Positions 60,200-64,000 of a DNA stretch of 64,000 nt are shown one piece after another. A model generated the notes under the pieces. The model saw nothing but the letters and a program-made list of their open reading frames with translations. It was not told the origin of the DNA and ran no database searches. The stretch spans positions 2,796 to 66,795 of the forward strand of contig NZ_JBDNHO010000094.1 of NCBI RefSeq assembly GCF_041688735.1, given 5' to 3'. Made by a program: the position numbers and the translations under genes. This stretch comes from Brevundimonas sp. (GTDB taxonomy: Bacteria > Pseudomonadota > Alphaproteobacteria > Caulobacterales > Caulobacteraceae). The first letter of the stretch is position 1; every line of letters begins with the position of its first letter.

Positions 60200-60766
60200 C
60201 TATCCGCCCGGCCTGATTTCAGCGACCACCAGGCCCTTGGGACCCTCGGCGAACCGCACCGAAACCGCTTCGCCCCGCAGGAGTTCGTCCAGCCCGCAAC
60301 GTCGCAGCGTCTCTACATGCACGAAGATATCGCCAGGTTCGCCTTCGCGCACCACGAATCCGTAGCCCTTGGTGCGATTGAACCATTTGACCACCGCCGT
60401 CTCCATGGCGTCGTCGCCTTCTTCCACGCCCCCGCGCTCGCGCCCGTGCTGTCTCGGAACGTCCCAACCGACGCGCCGTGGCGAGATCACCGCCGCCTCC
60501 GGGTCGCCGACGCCGAGATCATGAACCTCGGTGACCTGCCAGCCCTTGGGCCGGCGGACGCAGTCGCAGCTGATTTCGGCACCTTCCGTAGCCGAGTCGC
60601 GACCGCTGTCGCGCAGGCTGGAGACGTGCAGCAAGACGTCTTTCTGGTCAGTCAGTTCGGGCTGGTCGGGCACGATGAAGCCGTATCCCTTGCCGGGATC
60701 GAACCATTTGACACGGCCGGAAACTCGCACCGCCGTCGCCAACTCAACGCCCTCGTAATCAGACAC
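60200..60766 (-). CDS. Cold-shock protein with two cold-shock domains
   Basis: Two CSDs: [18 protein letters not shown] and [18 protein letters not shown]...IFVH. Confidence 0.9.
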   Translation of the reverse strand: MSDYEGVELATAVRVSGRVKWFDPGKGYGFIVPDQPELTDQKDVLLHVSSLRDSGRDSATEGAEISCDCVRRPKGWQVTEVHDLGVGDPEAAVISPRRVGWDVPRQHGRERGGVEEGDDAMETAVVKWFNRTKGYGFVVREGEPGDIFVHVETLRRCGLDELLRGEAVSVRFAEGPKGLVVAEIRPGG

Positions 60767-60846
60767 TGCCGTCCCCCCGTCCGCGATCCATGCAGACGGT
60801 TCTTGTTTAACACAGTTACGTGAACGCCGGAAAAGCGAAAATCATC

Positions 60847-60862
60847 ATTTCTATCTAGAAAT
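60847..60862. repeat. Perfect 7-bp inverted repeat ATTTCTA-TC-TAGAAAT in an AT-rich spacer upstream of the cold-shock gene
   Basis: Read directly from the sequence. The surrounding roughly 100 nt are about 42 percent GC by hand count. Confidence 0.5.
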
Positions 60863-60874
60863 CGCAAATTTTGT

Positions 60875-61384
60875 TCAGGACTGCTTGTCAGGCCCGTTGA
60901 ACAATAGCTGAATCTTGCGCGCGCGATCGGCGTACCGACAAGGTTTGCCGATGAAGGCGTATCCCCGCCCTTCCTCGCGATGATCCCGCGCCAGGTCCGC
61001 CCCGCCGCTTGTCAAAGGGATCGATAAGCCGAGCCTCAAACGTCTGATCTCGCCAGCCAGGGCGATGCCGTTCATCTCGCCGGGCGTGACAATATCGCTG
61101 AACAACAGATCAAACGTGATGCCCTCGCGCACCGTCTCGATGCCCTCGTCCGCGGTCCCGACGGAGACGACCCCATGCCCGCACTCGTTCGGGCTCGCGG
61201 CGCCGACGTCCATGACATTGACGTCGTTCTCGACCATCAGGTTCGTCCGGCCGACCTCGACGGCCGAATCCGATTCCCGTGCGCATACCGTTTGGGTTGG
61301 CTGCCTAAAAACCGGGTCTCCGTCACCGTCCGGCAAGCAGACATAACGGGGCAAAGGCGACTGGCCCAAAAGGGTCGGCTTCAC
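60875..61384 (-). pseudogene. Receiver-domain remnant, probably the 3' end of a truncated hybrid histidine kinase
   Basis: Receiver-like NLMVENDVNV...FDLLFSDIVTPGEMNGIALAGEIRRLR...LTSGGA...IGKPCR with degraded consensus positions. It is preceded by a YVCLP HATPase-tail-like stretch but no kinase core. It contains many rare codons (TTG, TTA, AGA, TTT). Confidence 0.5.
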
Positions 61385-61416
61385 ATTCGATGACGGTGAA
61401 GGGGAATGCCCCGCGC

Positions 61417-61491
61417 TGGCAGTCCCTAGGGGAGTCGAACCCCTCTTTTCAGGTTGAAAACCTGACGTCCTAACCGATAGACGAAGGGACC
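61417..61491 (-). tRNA. tRNA-Glu (anticodon TTC)
   Basis: The reverse complement GGTCCCTTCGTCTATCGGTTAGGACGTCAGGTTTTCAACCTGA...GGGGTTCGACTCCCCTAGGGACTGCCA has anticodon loop TTTTCAA and an encoded CCA. Confidence 0.9.
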
Positions 61492-61568
61492 ACTACGCGG
61501 GGAGCGGGCGATATAGCCGCCGATTTCAAAGGGTGCAACCCCCCGAAACCTCGGCCATGGACGCGGGG

Positions 61569-63371
61569 TCAAGCCATGCACGGATCGGCGACGTCCTCGA
61601 TCTCGAACTGCACGCCTCGTCGACCGTTCCAGTCATCGGCCTTCAGCCGCCCGACCACGCTCAGTCCCCCCTGCCCCGACAACAGCGCCTTGCCGGACGG
61701 CATGTCGGCGCAGCGCCAGGCGATGGCCTTGACCGCGGCACCGTCGGCCACGACGAGCCGGCACCGCACATGGCCGCCGTTCATCACCACGCCCTCGCGC
61801 GCCGCCACATGCTCCAGCGCGAACAGCGGTTCGGGATTGGCAGGTCCGAAGGGTGCCAGCCGCTCGAAATCCTCGAACAGGGCGCGGGTGGCCGCGCGCG
61901 CGTCAATCAGGGCGTCGATCTCGACCACGTCCATGGCTTCGGCAGCGGCCTGCTCTCCGGACATCTGGTCGATCAGGAAATCGCGCAGCCGGTCGATGTC
62001 GCCCGTCCGCACGGTCAGGCCCGCCGCCATGGCGTGACCACCCCCGGCGACCAGCACCCCCGTTTCCCACGCCGCCTGCACCGCCCGACCCAGATTCATG
62101 CCGGGTTGCGAGCGCCCGGATCCCTTGCCTATACCGTTGACCGCATCCACGCCGATGACGACCACCGGCTTGCGCCAGCGTTCTCTCAGCCGCCCGGCGA
62201 CAATGCCGACCACGCCCGGATGCCAGTCCTCCGCCGCGATCACCACGACGGCCGATCCGTCCTTGTGGGCGCCCGAGGCCTCGACCAGACGCGTCGCCTG
62301 TTCGGTCACCTGCCGCTCGACCTCGCGCCGGGCGACGTTCAGCGCGTCCAGCTCCTGCGCCAGCGCATGGGCCTCTTCCGGGTCGTCGGTGGACAAGAGT
62401 CGGGCGCCCAGGTCGGACTTGCCGATCCGCCCCCCGGCGTTGATTCGCGGCCCCAGGATAAAGCCCGCATGGTTCGATTTGGCCGGCCCCGGCTCGACCC
62501 CCGCCGAAGCCAGCAGCGCCCTCAGCCCCGGATTGCTCCAGTCGGACATGACTTTCAGGCCAAGGCTGGTCAGCGCCCGATTGAAGCCGGTCAGGCCGGT
62601 CACGTCGCAGATCGCCCCCATGGCCGCTAGATCCAGCCACTGGCGGATGTCCGGCTCCTTGCGATCCGCGAACAGACCCCGTCCCCGCGCTTCGCGGTTC
62701 AGCGCCGCCAGCAGCACGAACACCACGCCCGCAGCGGCCAGATTGCCCTGCCCCGAGTTGCAGCCCGGCCGGTTCGGATTGACCACGGCGGCGCAGACGG
62801 GAGGATGCTCGCGCATCATATGGTGGTCGATGACCACGACCTTCAACCCGATCGCGGAGGCGTGGGCCACCGCCTCATTGGCCGCCGCGCCGCAATCAAC
62901 GGTGATGACCAGATCGGCACCTGACGCTTTCAGCGTGTCGAAGGCCCGCGCGCTCGGCCCATACCCCTCGGTGACCCGGTCGGGCACGTAGATCGGCAGG
63001 TCCGCGCCCATGGCCCGAAACCAGCGCACCAGCAGCGCCGCGCTGGACGCGCCGTCTACGTCATAGTCGGCGAAAACGTGGATCGCCGAACCCGCCTGAA
63101 GCCCGTCGATGATCGCGACCGCCGCCGCATCCATGTCCATGAAGCTTGACGGATCGGGAAACAGGGCCTTCAGCGTGGGGTTCAGGAAGTCCGCGCCCTG
63201 ATCCGCGCCGATGCCGCGCGCCGCCAAAGCCCGCGCCATCGGTTCGTCCAGAGAGAGGGTCTGCATGTGCGCCCGGATCAATCCGGCCTCGGCCGGTCTT
63301 TGCCGCCAGGCTCGCCCGGACAGCGAGCGGGAGACGCCCAGAAACGCGGGCACGCTGCCGCCGTCCGCCAT
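61569..63371 (-). CDS. recJ: Single-stranded-DNA-specific exonuclease RecJ
   Basis: 600 aa with DHH motifs (HVFADYDVDGASS, ITVDCG, VVIDHH) and DHHA1 (GGGHAMAAG). Confidence 0.95.
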   Translation of the reverse strand: MADGGSVPAFLGVSRSLSGRAWRQRPAEAGLIRAHMQTLSLDEPMARALAARGIGADQGADFLNPTLKALFPDPSSFMDMDAAAVAIIDGLQAGSAIHVFADYDVDGASSAALLVRWFRAMGADLPIYVPDRVTEGYGPSARAFDTLKASGADLVITVDCGAAANEAVAHASAIGLKVVVIDHHMMREHPPVCAAVVNPNRPGCNSGQGNLAAAGVVFVLLAALNREARGRGLFADRKEPDIRQWLDLAAMGAICDVTGLTGFNRALTSLGLKVMSDWSNPGLRALLASAGVEPGPAKSNHAGFILGPRINAGGRIGKSDLGARLLSTDDPEEAHALAQELDALNVARREVERQVTEQATRLVEASGAHKDGSAVVVIAAEDWHPGVVGIVAGRLRERWRKPVVVIGVDAVNGIGKGSGRSQPGMNLGRAVQAAWETGVLVAGGGHAMAAGLTVRTGDIDRLRDFLIDQMSGEQAAAEAMDVVEIDALIDARAATRALFEDFERLAPFGPANPEPLFALEHVAAREGVVMNGGHVRCRLVVADGAAVKAIAWRCADMPSGKALLSGQGGLSVVGRLKADDWNGRRGVQFEIEDVADPCMA

Positions 63372-63381
63372 CAGCCGACCC

Positions 63382-64000
63382 TCATGACATCGGCCGCGTC
63401 GTGCGGATTCGCTGCACGGTCCGGGTCGAGGAGTCCATCACCAGCGTATGGGTCGAGACGAAGCCGTCGCGCACCAGCACCCCGTCCAGCATGGCCCCCT
63501 TGGTTACACCCGTGGCGGCGAAGATAGCGTCCTTCGACACCAGTTCGTGCAGGTCGTATTTACGGTCGAAATCGGTCACGCCGGTCTTCGCCGCCCGCGC
63601 TCGCTCGTCGTCGTTGCGAAAGATCAGGCGGCCCTGGAAATGGCCGCCGACGCACTTAAGCGCGGAAGCCGCCAGCACGCCCTCCGGCGCCCCGCCCGAT
63701 CCAAGATAGAGGTCGATGCCTGTTTCCGGCTCGGCCGTATGAATCACGCCGGCCACGTCGCCGTCCGTGATAAGCATCACCCGGGCCCCGACCTCGCGCA
63801 GGGCCGCGATCAGCTCGGCATGGCGCGGTCGATCCATGACGCAGACCGTGATGTCTTCCGGCTTGACCCCCTTGGCCGAGGCCAGCGAGCGGACATTGTC
63901 CTGAGGCTTCATGTCCAGGTCGACCGTGCCGGGCGCGAAGCCCGGGCCGATGGCGATCTTGTCCATATAGGTGTCGGGCGCGTGCAGCATACCGCCGCCC
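63382..64000 (-). CDS. glpX: Class II fructose-1,6-bisphosphatase GlpX (N-terminal part lies beyond the window edge)
   Basis: The C-terminal region GSGGAPEGVLAASALKCVGGHFQGRL...FAATGVTKG...HTLVM is typical of GlpX. The ORF continues past position 64000. Confidence 0.9.
   Translation of the reverse strand, partial: GGGMLHAPDTYMDKIAIGPGFAPGTVDLDMKPQDNVRSLASAKGVKPEDITVCVMDRPRHAELIAALREVGARVMLITDGDVAGVIHTAEPETGIDLYLGSGGAPEGVLAASALKCVGGHFQGRLIFRNDDERARAAKTGVTDFDRKYDLHELVSKDAIFAATGVTKGAMLDGVLVRDGFVSTHTLVMDSSTRTVQRIRTTRPMS

Overview
High-GC (roughly two-thirds G+C by eye) alphaproteobacterial chromosomal window. Gene content looks Caulobacterales-like: orphan motB, a PopA-like degenerate GGDEF protein, a two-domain cold-shock protein, and pyruvate dehydrogenase E1-beta carrying an N-terminal lipoyl domain. 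A Brevundimonas/Caulobacter relative is an inference only.

The window is almost entirely core housekeeping:
- parC tail, LemA plus M48 protease, bpt, motB.
- A PDH operon (pdhA-pdhB-small ORF-pdhC-gpx-lpdA), then ftsB, eno, rpmF.
- Thioredoxin/CcdA pair, lipA, wrbA, mazG, hflX-hfq.
- dusB-ntrY-ntrX, ispDF, mfd, sdhE, recG.
- LPS core genes kdsA-hldE-hldD.
- Two photolyases flanking cfa, sseA, and a DAACS transporter with an AapJ-like binding protein.
- Three tRNAs (Arg-TCT, Pro-TGG, Glu-TTC), recJ and the glpX 3' part.

I found no CRISPR array, rRNA, transposase, integrase or recognisable defence island, and I cannot point to a convincing new multi-gene system.

Most noteworthy observations:
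1. A dif-like 11-6-11 site lies in an AT-rich island at about 5.26 kb. Coding-strand bias and GGGNAGGG octamer polarity both flip there, suggesting the replication terminus.
2. A perfect 21-22 bp hairpin sits at the hfq-hflX junction.
3. A small uncharacterised ORF is translationally coupled inside the PDH operon, and a repeat-like GC-rich hairpin sequence lies in frame in the E2 linker.
4. A secreted M15 peptidase is coupled to a small HExxH protein.
5. An orphan ABC-type binding lipoprotein sits next to a DAACS symporter.
6. A tRNA-rich segment shows gene decay: cytochrome b561 and VIT-family pseudogenes plus a truncated hybrid-kinase receiver remnant.

Start codons were chosen by homology expectations and are approximate. 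All similarity statements come from memory of protein families, not from searches.
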